Of a stretch of 64,000 nucleotides of DNA, positions 48,578 through 59,167 are shown piece after piece. The DNA is from an uncultured bacterium (GTDB lineage: Bacteria; Verrucomicrobiota; Verrucomicrobiia; Verrucomicrobiales; DEV007), in assembly GCA_963977015.1 (NCBI GenBank), contig CAXBMO010000007.1, positions 96,001 to 160,000 of the forward strand, read 5' to 3'. Both the position numbers and the translations under genes were made by a program. The first letter of the stretch is position 1, and each line of letters begins with the position of its first letter. The notes under the pieces were generated by a model that saw nothing but the letters and a program-made list of their open reading frames with translations, was not told where the DNA came from and did not search any database.

Positions 48578-50374
48578 CTAAACTGATGCGACCGTTTCCA
48601 ACGGGGCAACTTTTGCGTCGGCAGCGGCAGGCTGAGTTGGCGACTCTTCGTTCCCGTCTTCCCGAACACCGTTTTTGACTTCGAATTCGCGACACCAGCC
48701 CTTGATTTCGAGATCATTGAAAATCTTGCCGACCACTCTTCTGAGCAGACCTTTGAGATTGTGGTTCTCCACCTCGGCCAGTCCCCGGATTGCAGTTTCC
48801 TTGTAGGTTTCGAGCATGAGCAGGCACTTCTCATCGGCCTCAACGTCGTGCACCAATTGGCGAACGCGAGAGACCGTGGTTCCATCTTGAGCATCGCGGC
48901 TCCAAAGGCTTCCGAGCCACTTCTTGTCCTCTCCCTTGGCCAGTTCCCGGGCTTTCGACAGGAGAACGCTGGGACGAAATGCCTCAACATAGTTTTCTCC
49001 TGCGTCTTCGCCCAAATCATCCATGTCGTCCCTGATCTGATAGGCGATTCCCAGCGCCTCCGAGTACTTCCCGAGCACGTCTGAGACGTCATCCAGCTTT
49101 CCGGCAAATGCAGCACCCAGTTTCAGAGCGACATCAAAGGCTGGAGCGGTTTTCTGACGAAAAATCTCCAACACCTGGGTCGTCTTCAACGGTTTGGGAT
49201 TGCGGGTCCAGGCTAACTCAGCCCCTTGACCACGGCAGAGTTCGCGTTGGCCTTCGCTGGCCACCATGAGCATCTGAGCCTTGATCTCCGCATCAATTTT
49301 GCAGTCTCCAATCAGGCGATAGCCTTCCCCAATCAACAGATCGCCTGCATTCAGGGCCACGGGAATTCCCTCCGTTTCATGCAAGGTCGCTTCTCCATAG
49401 CGCTCATGATCTTCGTCCTCAATGTCGTCATGGATCAGGGAAGCTTTGTGAAACGCCTCTACCGCAATCGCGATCTTCTTGATCTCTTCGGGAATGGGAG
49501 CGTCCTGATCATCCCGCAACGCTTGAAACGCGGCCACGGTAAGAAATGGGCGCCAACGCTTTCCATCCTTGGCCAACCAATCGCGAGCGACAGATTCGGC
49601 ATGACCAACCGCCTCTCCCATCACTTCGTCGATTCCCTCTCGCGTAAACCAGCCTCGAACGTCGTCATGAAGCTGATTCAGGTTCAAGCGGCGAGTCTTG
49701 TCTTCGCTGGTGAGGTGGAGATAATCCCAAACCCAGTCGATATCGACCGTGGTGTTGATGCAGTCGTCCTGGAGCAGAGGAACGGCGATTGAAGGAATCG
49801 CTGCCGCCTCGACGTAGGGAAAGGTTCGCTCCAGAACCGGAAGGCAGGAAATCCCGACAATGGCTTCGATCTTGCCGGTTTGGATGAGCGACATCACGAT
49901 TGCAGAGCCTTCCGCAACGAGAACGGCGTAGCCCAGTTTCTCAGCCTCGTTCTGAAAGTCCTCAATCGTACACAGTCCGCATTGCTTGCAGAGCAGACCG
50001 AACTCATCAAACGGAGCCGGGCACTTGTCCTCCACCCGCAAGCACTTGGGCATCAGGAGCAAACGGCGCTCGTAAGGGATGGTCGCCAACGTCTCACGCC
50101 ATGCCTCGTTTGAAAGACAAACGGCGGTGTAGTGCAGGTAAATCTCATCATAGCCCGCGTCTGCAAGAATCGACTTCGCGTGAGTCTCCAACTCCTTGAG
50201 CGGCATGGGCGGAACCAATTTGTGCAGCTCAATGTAGTCGCGGATGTATTTGAGCAGTGCGTCGCGCTCCGTCTTGGTCTGCGGAATGTTCTTCTTCGGC
50301 TTGCGATACCTCGTTGTCGTCAACGGAGCCGATTTCGGAATCTTAACGGTCTTGAATTCTGGGGGAGCGGACAT
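48578..50374 (-). CDS. DUF116 domain fused to polyprenyl diphosphate synthase
   Basis: Cys-rich N-terminal domain (KCLR, CKQCGLC, ISC); GKRWRP, HDDIED and RDDMDD Asp-rich motifs. Confidence 0.88.
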   Translation of the reverse strand: MSAPPEFKTVKIPKSAPLTTTRYRKPKKNIPQTKTERDALLKYIRDYIELHKLVPPMPLKELETHAKSILADAGYDEIYLHYTAVCLSNEAWRETLATIPYERRLLLMPKCLRVEDKCPAPFDEFGLLCKQCGLCTIEDFQNEAEKLGYAVLVAEGSAIVMSLIQTGKIEAIVGISCLPVLERTFPYVEAAAIPSIAVPLLQDDCINTTVDIDWVWDYLHLTSEDKTRRLNLNQLHDDVRGWFTREGIDEVMGEAVGHAESVARDWLAKDGKRWRPFLTVAAFQALRDDQDAPIPEEIKKIAIAVEAFHKASLIHDDIEDEDHERYGEATLHETEGIPVALNAGDLLIGEGYRLIGDCKIDAEIKAQMLMVASEGQRELCRGQGAELAWTRNPKPLKTTQVLEIFRQKTAPAFDVALKLGAAFAGKLDDVSDVLGKYSEALGIAYQIRDDMDDLGEDAGENYVEAFRPSVLLSKARELAKGEDKKWLGSLWSRDAQDGTTVSRVRQLVHDVEADEKCLLMLETYKETAIRGLAEVENHNLKGLLRRVVGKIFNDLEIKGWCREFEVKNGVREDGNEESPTQPAAADAKVAPLETVASV

Positions 50375-50558
50375 ATTGCTAGGTTGTATTCGCGGCAAAA
50401 AGCGGGGCTTGGACGGGAATTTTGAAAACTTGGGAGTGATTCAGAGAGCGATCAAGCGAAACGGGAACTTCAGATTGGGTAGTGACACGAGAATGATTTG
50501 GCCAATATTTCGGAAGAAGGCATTTTTGAGGCTTTCCACGGATCAACAGCTCTGACTC

Positions 50559-51548
50559 CTAGTCTTGACCCAACTTGGTTTTCAGATCGGCCCAAAACGC
50601 TTCCACATTGTCTTTCCGAATCTGGCGCGCTTCCACATTGATGAAACCATCCGCAGGAAACGCATCCTCCCTTCCTTCATCGATCGCTTTGAGCACCTCA
50701 ATCGACTTGTAACCATACATGTAGGGATTCTGGACGACCGTGCCGTGAATCTGACCATCGACGATTCCCTGTAAAGTTCGCGCATCCTCATCAAAGGCGA
50801 TCACTTTGACCTGACCGACTTTGCCGGCTTGTTCGAGCGCCTCCAGAATCAACGGAGGATTGTAGGCAAACAGGCCCACCATCGCGGAAATGTCCGGATT
50901 TCGGGTCAGGGTGTCTTCAGCATTGGCTTTGGCCTTGGCGCGATCGAACTGATCGGTCAGCGTGCCCAAAATGGTAAATTTCTCTCCTTTGATCTCTTCT
51001 CCGGGAGGATCAAACCGCGTGTTGTCGTGCGAACGGTCGAGCAATTCGTCGATCACGCCTTGCCGGCGCCTTCTCGAGTTGTCCTGTTCCATCCGACCAA
51101 TCAAAATCATGATGGAACCACCTTCCGGCAGCGCTTCCTTCACGAGTTGGCCGCAAGCACGCCCGGCATCGTAGTTGTCCATCCCGATGTAAACCTGCCG
51201 CTTTGAGTCCGGTGCGTCTGAATCGTGAGTGATGAGAATCGTTTTGTCGGCGATCTGGTTCAGGAAATCAGTCTGATTCGCGGCATCAATCGGACTAACC
51301 GCGATTCCCTTGATTCCGCGGGTGATCAAATCCTCGAGCATGTTCTTCTGTTCGACGGGACCGCCAGCGGGCATCAACACACTCACCCGAACGCCCAAGT
51401 CTGCCCCGGCGGTCTTCGCGCCTGCTTCCGCGATCGTCCAAAACGGATCCACGCCGTTGGTGACGTAGGCATAGTCATCACTTTCGCCACAACTTGACAG
51501 GGCGACGACAGCAGCAGCCAGCGCCAAAAAGGAAAAGGGGGTTTTCAT
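50559..51548 (-). CDS. Sugar ABC transporter substrate-binding lipoprotein (RbsB-like)
   Basis: Lipobox LSSC, DPFW, IGMDNYDAG, AFD, VQNPYMYG. Confidence 0.9.
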   Translation of the reverse strand: MKTPFSFLALAAAVVALSSCGESDDYAYVTNGVDPFWTIAEAGAKTAGADLGVRVSVLMPAGGPVEQKNMLEDLITRGIKGIAVSPIDAANQTDFLNQIADKTILITHDSDAPDSKRQVYIGMDNYDAGRACGQLVKEALPEGGSIMILIGRMEQDNSRRRRQGVIDELLDRSHDNTRFDPPGEEIKGEKFTILGTLTDQFDRAKAKANAEDTLTRNPDISAMVGLFAYNPPLILEALEQAGKVGQVKVIAFDEDARTLQGIVDGQIHGTVVQNPYMYGYKSIEVLKAIDEGREDAFPADGFINVEARQIRKDNVEAFWADLKTKLGQD

Positions 51549-51630
51549 GGCTGATTATGCTAGGTGGATCGCTCCGGAAGGAAAGAGAGAAATATGGTTG
51601 TTTTCAGTCCACGTATTCGCAATTTGTCGC

Positions 51631-52668
51631 ATGTCTACCACACCCGTCGCCATCGTTGGCGCCAGCGGATATTCCGGAGCGGAATTGCTGCGGTTGCTCA
51701 TCATGCATCCCAATGCGGAATTGGTTTGTGTGACGTCGCGCCAAGAGGCAGGACGCTCGCTGAGCCAGGTTTTTCCGCGTTTTCGAGCTTCGCGCTTCGA
51801 GGAATTGAAATTCGTGAGCCCGGAAATTGATCAAATCGTCGACTCGGGCGCCAAAGTCGTGTTTCTGGCCCTGCCCCACGGCGTCGCCTCGGACTTTGCC
51901 GTTCCGTTGCTCGATCGAGGTTTGCGGGTGATTGACTTGAGCGCCGATTTTCGCCTGAACAGCCCCGACGTTTACAAGGAATTCTACGATCACGAACATC
52001 CGGCTCCCAGCCTCTTGGAAAAGTCGGTCTACGGCCTGCCGGAATTCTACAGCGAACAGATCAGGACAGCCGACCTGGTAGCATCGCCAGGTTGCTACCC
52101 GACGAGCATTCTGGTTCCACTTCTCCCGCTTTTAGGCGCAAACCTGATCGAAACAGAAGGCATCGTTGCCGCAAGCATGAGTGGAGTCAGCGGGGCCGGC
52201 AAAACCCTCAAGCAGCCCTTTCTCTTCAGCGAATGCAACGAAAGCGCCCGCGCCTATGGAGCTCCCAAACACCGCCACTTGAGCGAAATCGAGCAGGAAC
52301 TCAGTCTCGCCGCCAAATCGCAGGTGACGATCACCTTCATTCCTCACCTCATTCCAGTCACGGCCGGAATCTGCTCCAGCATTTCCGCCGCCACCTCATC
52401 CACTCTTGACCAGATCACCGCAGCCTATGAGGAGGCTTACGGAAACGCACCTTTCATTCGCCGGCTCGGCCCCGGACAATTCGCCGACACCAAAAACGTC
52501 GTTGGAACCAATTTCGTCGATCTCGGATGGCATCTCGATGAACGAACGAACCGGGTTCTGCTTTCCAGCGCCGAAGATAACCTCGGCAAGGGCGCCGCAA
52601 GTCAGGCGGTGCAAAGCTTCAACCTTATGTTTGGTCACGAACCAACCAGCGGCTTGCTCAACTTCTAG
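51631..52668 (+). CDS. argC: N-acetyl-gamma-glutamyl-phosphate reductase
   Basis: GASGYSG, LALPHG, DLSADFR, PGCYPT, SGVSGAG, DNLGKGA. Confidence 0.96.
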   Translation: MSTTPVAIVGASGYSGAELLRLLIMHPNAELVCVTSRQEAGRSLSQVFPRFRASRFEELKFVSPEIDQIVDSGAKVVFLALPHGVASDFAVPLLDRGLRVIDLSADFRLNSPDVYKEFYDHEHPAPSLLEKSVYGLPEFYSEQIRTADLVASPGCYPTSILVPLLPLLGANLIETEGIVAASMSGVSGAGKTLKQPFLFSECNESARAYGAPKHRHLSEIEQELSLAAKSQVTITFIPHLIPVTAGICSSISAATSSTLDQITAAYEEAYGNAPFIRRLGPGQFADTKNVVGTNFVDLGWHLDERTNRVLLSSAEDNLGKGAASQAVQSFNLMFGHEPTSGLLNF

Positions 52669-53744
52669 AGGCGTTCGGGAAACAGGCCCTTCACACCTTC
52701 CTCGCTCGCGTCGCAAACGCCACGCTCGGTAATCAACCCGGTCACCAGCCGCGCGGGAGTGACGTCAAAGGCGAAGTTTGCCGCATCGGATTGCTCCGGC
52801 AAAATCCGGACGGTGGCAACCCTGCCCTCTTCGTCAACTCCTTCCATTTCTCTCACTTCTTCGCCTCCCCGTTGTTCGATCGGAATGTCTCGAACGCCGT
52901 CTTTGGTCTCCCAATCGAACGTCGAAGAAGGGAGCGCGACATAAAACGGGACGCCATTGTCGTTCGCGGCGAGCGCCTTGAGATAAGTCCCGATCTTGTT
53001 CGCAACATCGCCGGTATGCGTCGTTCGATCCGTTCCCGTGATCACGAGGTCAACCTGTCCATGCTGCATGAGGTGACCGCCAACATTGTCAGCGATCACG
53101 GTGTGAGGGACGCCATGCTGCCCCAACTCCCAAGCGGTCAGGCGTGCTCCCTGATTTCGAGGCCGGGTCTCATCCACCCAAACATGAACGGGAATCCCCG
53201 CATCGTGAGCTGCATAAATCGGGGCCGTCGCGGAACCATGATCGACAAAGGCGAGCCATCCCGCATTGCAATGCGTCAGAATGTTCACCGGCTTACCGGG
53301 CTTGGTCGCCGCAATTCCCTCAATCAGCGGCAAACCGTGTAACCCGATTTGTCGGCACGCTTCAGCGTCTTCATCAGCAATCGTCATCGCCGTCTCCCGG
53401 GCCGGAATTCCTTTCTCAATCGCCGCAAGCTGTCGCTCGACGGCCCAACGCAGATTGATCGCGGTCGGACGAGTCGCGATCAGCTCATCCCCTAGTTCGC
53501 GAAGGCGGTCCGCATCCCCTCCGGCTTCTTTTTCGGCGAAAACCATTCCCCATCCAGCGGTTGCGCCGATCAACCCGGCTCCGCGGACATGCATGTCTCG
53601 AATCGCCGTCGCAACATCGGACACCGAGGTCAAATCCTCGATAACGAACGCAAAGGGAAGCTTCCGTTGGTCGATGATCTGGACAATGCCATCGTCCTCA
53701 GGATGAGGCCAAATCGTGCGATAAGGTTTTCCGTCAACAAGCAT
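52665..53744 (-). CDS. mtnA: S-methyl-5-thioribose-1-phosphate isomerase
   Basis: VRGA, RPTAINL, THCNAGWLA, DETRPRNQG, NKIGTY, FDVTP. Confidence 0.95.
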   Translation of the reverse strand: MLVDGKPYRTIWPHPEDDGIVQIIDQRKLPFAFVIEDLTSVSDVATAIRDMHVRGAGLIGATAGWGMVFAEKEAGGDADRLRELGDELIATRPTAINLRWAVERQLAAIEKGIPARETAMTIADEDAEACRQIGLHGLPLIEGIAATKPGKPVNILTHCNAGWLAFVDHGSATAPIYAAHDAGIPVHVWVDETRPRNQGARLTAWELGQHGVPHTVIADNVGGHLMQHGQVDLVITGTDRTTHTGDVANKIGTYLKALAANDNGVPFYVALPSSTFDWETKDGVRDIPIEQRGGEEVREMEGVDEEGRVATVRILPEQSDAANFAFDVTPARLVTGLITERGVCDASEEGVKGLFPERL

Positions 53745-53752
53745 CGGTCGAA

Positions 53753-56700
53753 TTAGTGTCCCGCTGCCGGTTTCGCCTTTTGCGCTTCGAGAAAGGCGAC
53801 TAAATCACGCAATTCGCGTTTGCTGAGGAGAATCCCCATTGGCGGCATGGCCGACATGGGCGGGTTCATGGAGAGAATCTCCGATTTCGAGATTTCCCGC
53901 GTTTCGTTCTCGCCGACCCGAATCACGATCTTGTCGTCCGTCTCCTCCAGCAAATTTCCTCCGCAACTCGTCCCATCCTTCAACATCGCCATGGTGAGAC
54001 CATAGCCAGGAACGATGTGAGCAGAGGGTGATACCAACGAGGTCAAGATGTAGTTCTTATCGCCACGCTTGCCCATATCACTCAAATCAGGACCGGCGAT
54101 TCCACCGGTTGGACCGATCTTGTGACATTTGTTGCACTGCCCGGCGGCGTGAGTCGCAAAGAGCGTTTCCCCGCGCTCGATATCCCCACCTTCGAGACAT
54201 TCGCGAAATTTGCTGACCGGATCCGCCTCATCAAGGCTCGCCTTGTAGGCTTCGAGTTGCGAGCTCAAATCCGAACGACCTTCGGCGGCTTCGAGGAGTT
54301 CCAGTAGCGCGGCAAACGGATACTTCATCTTGGTCGCCTGCTCGATTGCATTGGCAAATTCGGCGGTGACCCGCAGGTCCTCGACCGGAGCCAACAGCTC
54401 GATCGCGTTTTGCCGGTCCAGATGGCTCTCCGCCCGGAGACGGTCGAGGGCCACAACGACCCCTTTCTCGGGTTCCAACTCCAGGAGAGCCTGGTTGGAC
54501 GCTGCGCGGATCTCGGGAGCGGGATCCTCCATCAATTGCTCGAGAATCTCGATCAAACCGGCTTCATTGCGCGCCTTGAGAACGTTGAGAGCCTCGATTC
54601 GCACTGAATTCCCGGCCTCTAGGTTGGTGAGCCGCGCCATCAGCACCTTGCTATCGACTTCAAGACCATGAGCGGCGGCCAGTCGAAGCGCCGTAGCCAA
54701 GACTTCGCCCGAAGCCGATAGAAAAACCTTGGGAAGCTCGGTCTTGGCCAGGTCGCTGATTTCCTCTCGCTTGGTCTCAACAGGAAGCACTCGAGCAATC
54801 GTCGGATCCACCACCCCGGGCTCTGCCCAGGATTCAAGCGCCTTGAGAGCATCGTTGCGGAGTTCTGCTGGCAGGGAACCCATCGCCCCATAAGCAAACA
54901 ACCGCGCCGCGGATTCCTCGTCTCCCAGTCGCCAATTTGCGTTGATCAATCGGGTATGCAGCATCCAATCAGCCGAAGTGGAAGTTGGAAACTCCTCTGC
55001 GTCCGTGATCTTGGCGGCGAGTTGGGGAACGGCCGCAACCAAATTCAAATCATTGATCGCCCGAATCGCCTCCGCCACGATTTTCGGTTCTGCGTCGTTG
55101 AGGTAGCGCGCAATTTCCGCGTCCTTCCAACGGCGCAAGACCAATGCCGAGGCGAGTCGCACCGACTTGGAATCGTGCTCTGCCAACGCCAGAACCGCGC
55201 CCCGATCTTTCATCATCGTGAGCGCCATGACGCCGGCGTGTCGCAAATAGGGGTCTGCATCGGCGTTCTCTTTGATCATCTCCACGATCCCGGGAAGGGC
55301 GGGTTTGTAGCTCAATCGTCCAAGCCCGATGGCGGCGAAGCTGCGGACCCGCGCGCTCTCATCCCGCAGCAAGTTCGTCAATGCCGGTCCTGCGCCTTTC
55401 GCCCGAAGATCGCCGAGCGTCTTGGCCGCCTGAGCCCTCACCTCCGCGTCCTCGTCCGTCAGGTAGGCTTCCAGAATCGTTGCTGGAGTAGGATCCTCGA
55501 CCTGAAACCACTTCCAATAGGCATCCCAGAATTCGCTGGTTTGCGGAGTTTGCCGCATGGTTTGCCCCAGACCCCAGATTCCGTGCAGGCGCTGGAGGAG
55601 ATTGTCCTGCTGATCGGCCGCGGCTTTGAACAGGGGCATCGCCTTCGCTCCCTGCTTGGCCAGTGCAAATTGCGCCTGGAGGCGAACCCGCATATCGGCG
55701 TGGCCGAGAAGTTCGCTCAAGGCCTCGGGGCTTTTGGTCGCCAGTTCCCCGGTCAACAAGGCCTTGGTTTCCTGAACCGCCGGGGATTGCGCCCGCTTTT
55801 CGTCGAACATGGTGTAGATGTTGCCCAGATCCTGCTTCACCCAGCCGTTGTTGTTGAAGCAGGAGATGTAGAGCTTCCCATCCGGGCCAAATTCCGCATC
55901 GGTCACGCCCATCCCGACCATCCATTCCTTCTTCCAGGTGCCGATTTCAAAACCGGCGCCCTTCGGATTCACGGAAAACATTTCCAAGTCGCCCTTGGCT
56001 CCACCGAAATTGCAAACCCAGAAGTGGTTCGCGTATTTCTCAGGCAACGCGGTGACGCCGTAGTTGTAAACCAAGCCACTGGGGCCCCAGCTCAGCGTCT
56101 CGATGGGAGGAAGCGTCCAGGCGGGCTGATCGTCGTTGCGCTTTTCCCAAATCCGCTCGTCCAGCCACATATTCAGCGCATAGCGCGACTTGGGATAAAA
56201 CGGCGTCCGCAGCTTGAGCGGCTTGTGGAAGTTCAACAACGCCTGGTGCCCCGCGTCCCAGCCTGAATCTCCACCTTCGAGAAGGTAAACCAGACGCCCG
56301 GTGTCTTTCGCGTCGGCATCGTTGTCGCAGGTGAACAGGTTTCCGTGAGCATCGAAGGCCAACTCCTGCGGATTCCGCAGTCCCAGGTAATACACCTCCA
56401 CGTTGCTTCCATCCGGCTCGCAACGAAACACGGCCCCTTCCGTTGGCTCGCTATAGGTTTTGCCTTCCTTGGTTGTGAAGGTGTAACCGCGATCTCCGAT
56501 CGACCAATAAAGCCGGCCATCCGGGCCAAAAATCGCGCCGTGCATGTCGTGTCCACTAATACTCATGCGGACACCGAATCCGTCCTGGATCGATTCGCGC
56601 TGCTCGGCTTTCCCGTCGCCATCGCCATCCGCCAACGCCCAGAGATGGGGAATATTCGTGTAGTAGAGCTTGCCGTCGCCATAAACCAGTCCGATGCCCG

Positions 56701-57157
56701 GCCCATCCAGCGGATCATCGAAGTCATCCGCCCAAATCGTGGATTCGTCCGCGCGTCCATCGCCATCCCGGTCTTTAACCAGGCGAATCGCGTCCGAAAA
56801 CTCGGTCCATCGCTCAAACGGGATGTAGCCGGTTTCGGAATGTTTGCGGTACATCGCGAGGCGATCTTCGCTCGTCACAATCGACAAATCGTCGATCAAC
56901 ATCGGGATGTGGTGGCGAATGTCTTCGACCCCGGCTCGCCAGCGATGAATCTCGCCAACAAACAGTCCCCCCTTGTCATCAAAGCAAATCGCCGAGGGGT
57001 TGATCACCTGTTCCTCGTCGGCAAACAATTCCACCTTTAGGTCCCCCTCCACCTTGAAGCTTTTGATTCGTTGCTCAGCCTCCTGGTCGAATTTGGGATT
57101 CTGGGCGAAGCCCAAAGGGGCAAGCAACAGGGCGATGAGGGCAAGGCAATACTTCAT
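53753..57157 (-). CDS. PVC-type membrane-bound dehydrogenase-like protein: beta-propeller, HEAT repeats, cytochrome c
   Basis: GLRNPQELAFD, HEAT-like repeats, CNKCH heme motif, GPDLS, SAMP. Confidence 0.9.
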   Translation of the reverse strand: MKYCLALIALLLAPLGFAQNPKFDQEAEQRIKSFKVEGDLKVELFADEEQVINPSAICFDDKGGLFVGEIHRWRAGVEDIRHHIPMLIDDLSIVTSEDRLAMYRKHSETGYIPFERWTEFSDAIRLVKDRDGDGRADESTIWADDFDDPLDGPGIGLVYGDGKLYYTNIPHLWALADGDGDGKAEQRESIQDGFGVRMSISGHDMHGAIFGPDGRLYWSIGDRGYTFTTKEGKTYSEPTEGAVFRCEPDGSNVEVYYLGLRNPQELAFDAHGNLFTCDNDADAKDTGRLVYLLEGGDSGWDAGHQALLNFHKPLKLRTPFYPKSRYALNMWLDERIWEKRNDDQPAWTLPPIETLSWGPSGLVYNYGVTALPEKYANHFWVCNFGGAKGDLEMFSVNPKGAGFEIGTWKKEWMVGMGVTDAEFGPDGKLYISCFNNNGWVKQDLGNIYTMFDEKRAQSPAVQETKALLTGELATKSPEALSELLGHADMRVRLQAQFALAKQGAKAMPLFKAAADQQDNLLQRLHGIWGLGQTMRQTPQTSEFWDAYWKWFQVEDPTPATILEAYLTDEDAEVRAQAAKTLGDLRAKGAGPALTNLLRDESARVRSFAAIGLGRLSYKPALPGIVEMIKENADADPYLRHAGVMALTMMKDRGAVLALAEHDSKSVRLASALVLRRWKDAEIARYLNDAEPKIVAEAIRAINDLNLVAAVPQLAAKITDAEEFPTSTSADWMLHTRLINANWRLGDEESAARLFAYGAMGSLPAELRNDALKALESWAEPGVVDPTIARVLPVETKREEISDLAKTELPKVFLSASGEVLATALRLAAAHGLEVDSKVLMARLTNLEAGNSVRIEALNVLKARNEAGLIEILEQLMEDPAPEIRAASNQALLELEPEKGVVVALDRLRAESHLDRQNAIELLAPVEDLRVTAEFANAIEQATKMKYPFAALLELLEAAEGRSDLSSQLEAYKASLDEADPVSKFRECLEGGDIERGETLFATHAAGQCNKCHKIGPTGGIAGPDLSDMGKRGDKNYILTSLVSPSAHIVPGYGLTMAMLKDGTSCGGNLLEETDDKIVIRVGENETREISKSEILSMNPPMSAMPPMGILLSKRELRDLVAFLEAQKAKPAAGH

Positions 57158-57310
57158 AACAGGGGCGGTAAAAATGGAACGAGTGCCTAATTCGTCAACT
57201 CCGTAAATCCAGCCACTTTCTGGCTGTTTACTCCGGGTAGGTTACGAAACGTCAACCATCAATCCGATGGGACTGATCTGACCTCTACGGCACCAACTCA
57301 ATCCGTGATT

Positions 57311-57859
57311 CTACTGTCCCGCCTCAACTTTGGCAGCAACCGGTTTTGCGTGGGCGGCACCACCCGTGTTGGTGGGGGCATATTTGGCGACGAGAAACGC
57401 GCCCGTTGCCGCCATGGCACAGCCAATGACGAAGGGAAGCGGCAGGGACTTGAGGCCGCCTTCCGGGGGATGAATGCTCATCGCCACAATCGTGTTCACG
57501 ACCGGTGCCCCGGCAAAAACGATCGGCATGACGGCCGCTGCAGACGCACCTTTGTAGATCGGAGCCGCCGCCCCCAATGCCAGGATCAGCGTAAATGCCC
57601 CCACGGCACCTGCGGAACCGGCAATCAGGCTCCACTTGATGCCCGCGCCGGTAAAGCTCCAGTCTGAGCCGCGGATTTTCAGCAAGGCAACGGTGACGAC
57701 GCCAATCAAGGCATAAGCGATACACACGTAGAGGAAGGCTTTGAGTCCTGCGTGGGGTGTTTCCGGTCCCATCGGCATGAGACCACGGCCCTTGTGAAGG
57801 ATGACGCCATAGACGCCCCAGGCAAGAAAGGTGAGAACAGCAAAGAGGATCCAGTTCAT
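57311..57859 (-). CDS. Small multi-TM membrane protein (DMT/EamA-like)
   Basis: MNWILFA...WGVYG, AGAVGA, MPIVFAGAP; about 5 hydrophobic segments. Confidence 0.75.
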   Translation of the reverse strand: MNWILFAVLTFLAWGVYGVILHKGRGLMPMGPETPHAGLKAFLYVCIAYALIGVVTVALLKIRGSDWSFTGAGIKWSLIAGSAGAVGAFTLILALGAAAPIYKGASAAAVMPIVFAGAPVVNTIVAMSIHPPEGGLKSLPLPFVIGCAMAATGAFLVAKYAPTNTGGAAHAKPVAAKVEAGQ

Positions 57860-57964
57860 ACTACGCATCGGAAAATCGAAATTGAGTGACAGGGCAGAGC
57901 CCTTAGGGTTTGAGGCGTGACTTAGACTTGGTTTCATGGTTTAGCAAGTCACCGCACTTACGAC

Positions 57965-59119
57965 ATGAACGGCTATTTTGACTGCAATGCGACCACGCCG
58001 ATGTTTCCTGAAGTCGGGAAGCACTTCGCGGAAAAAGCCGCCACCACCTGGCACAACCCGTCCAGCCTATACCCCGCAGCAGCTCTCGCGAAACGGGAAC
58101 TGGAGGAGTGTCGGGAATGGCTCGCGGACTTTCTGGACCTTGAGGAACCCTCCCGCATCGTCTTCACCTCCGGGGCGACGGAATCCAACAACATCGTTTT
58201 CCGCAGCCTCCCGGCTCAGGCAAAAAATCGGGTGCTCGTCAGCGCAATTGAGCATCCCAGCGTGATGGAACCGGCGAAACGCCATGGCCCCGGTTTTTCC
58301 GAGATTCCAGTCGATGGCAACGGGAGAATCGACCTTGCCGCCCTGCAAACCTTTCTCGAATCGGAGAACGTGTCGCTCGTTTCGATCATGGCGGCCAACA
58401 ACGAGACCGGCGTCACTCAGCCTTGGGAAGAGATCTCCGCCTTGTGCCATCAATACGGGGTGCCGCTCCATTCCGACGCGACCCAATGGTTCGGAAAGCT
58501 TCCGGTCGGCAACCTCGGCTCGATCGACTGGCTGACGGGAAGCGCGCACAAGTTTGGCGGCCCGAAGGGAGTCGGCTTCCTCGTGATTCCGGTAGGATGC
58601 GAAATGTTGGGCGGCGCCCAAGCCGGCGGCCCCCAAGAGCAGCGGCTGCGTGGTGGCACCGAGAACGTTCCCGCGATTTCCGCGATGATTTGGGCGCTGA
58701 AGTATCTCGAACCCAGGATTCCAGCTTGCGAGACCAAGGCCCGCGATCGCGATGAATTCGAGACCCGGCTTGCGGGCATGCTTCCCGAAGTCCGGTTCAT
58801 TGGCCAGGGGGTGCCCCGGCTTTGGAACACCAGCATGCTCGTCGTTCCCCGGCACAACAATTTGAAGTGGCTGACTCGCCTGGCGGATCTCGGCTTTCAG
58901 GTATCCACGGGCAGCGCCTGCAGCTCCGGTCGCGGCAATCCCTCGCATGTGATGGAAGCTATGGGGCTGGATTTCACCGAAATGGGACGCGTTTTGCGGA
59001 TCAGCGGAGGATGGGATACTTCGGCGGACGACTGGAACGCACTGACCGCCGCGCTCGCCAAAACATGGAAGGACCTCGATTCATCCGGCGCGCCAACCCG
59101 AAAAAAAATCACTCTCTAG
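57965..59119 (+). CDS. Cysteine desulfurase (IscS/NifS-like)
   Basis: YFDCNATTP, FTSGATES, NNETG, SAHKFGGPKG, GSACSSG. Confidence 0.93.
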   Translation: MNGYFDCNATTPMFPEVGKHFAEKAATTWHNPSSLYPAAALAKRELEECREWLADFLDLEEPSRIVFTSGATESNNIVFRSLPAQAKNRVLVSAIEHPSVMEPAKRHGPGFSEIPVDGNGRIDLAALQTFLESENVSLVSIMAANNETGVTQPWEEISALCHQYGVPLHSDATQWFGKLPVGNLGSIDWLTGSAHKFGGPKGVGFLVIPVGCEMLGGAQAGGPQEQRLRGGTENVPAISAMIWALKYLEPRIPACETKARDRDEFETRLAGMLPEVRFIGQGVPRLWNTSMLVVPRHNNLKWLTRLADLGFQVSTGSACSSGRGNPSHVMEAMGLDFTEMGRVLRISGGWDTSADDWNALTAALAKTWKDLDSSGAPTRKKITL

Positions 59120-59167
59120 GCAAAAACGCCTTTCCATCGGCGCTCACTCCGCCTTCTTGCCTCCATC

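Noticed and set aside
51565-51590. CCGGAAGGAA resembling the SRP RNA loop
   Set aside because: No flanking SRP helix or GCAGC motif
57225-57290. c-di-GMP-I riboswitch-like words on the + strand
   Set aside because: Lacks the GAAA tetraloop and GCAAA elements, and is on the opposite strand to the flanking genes
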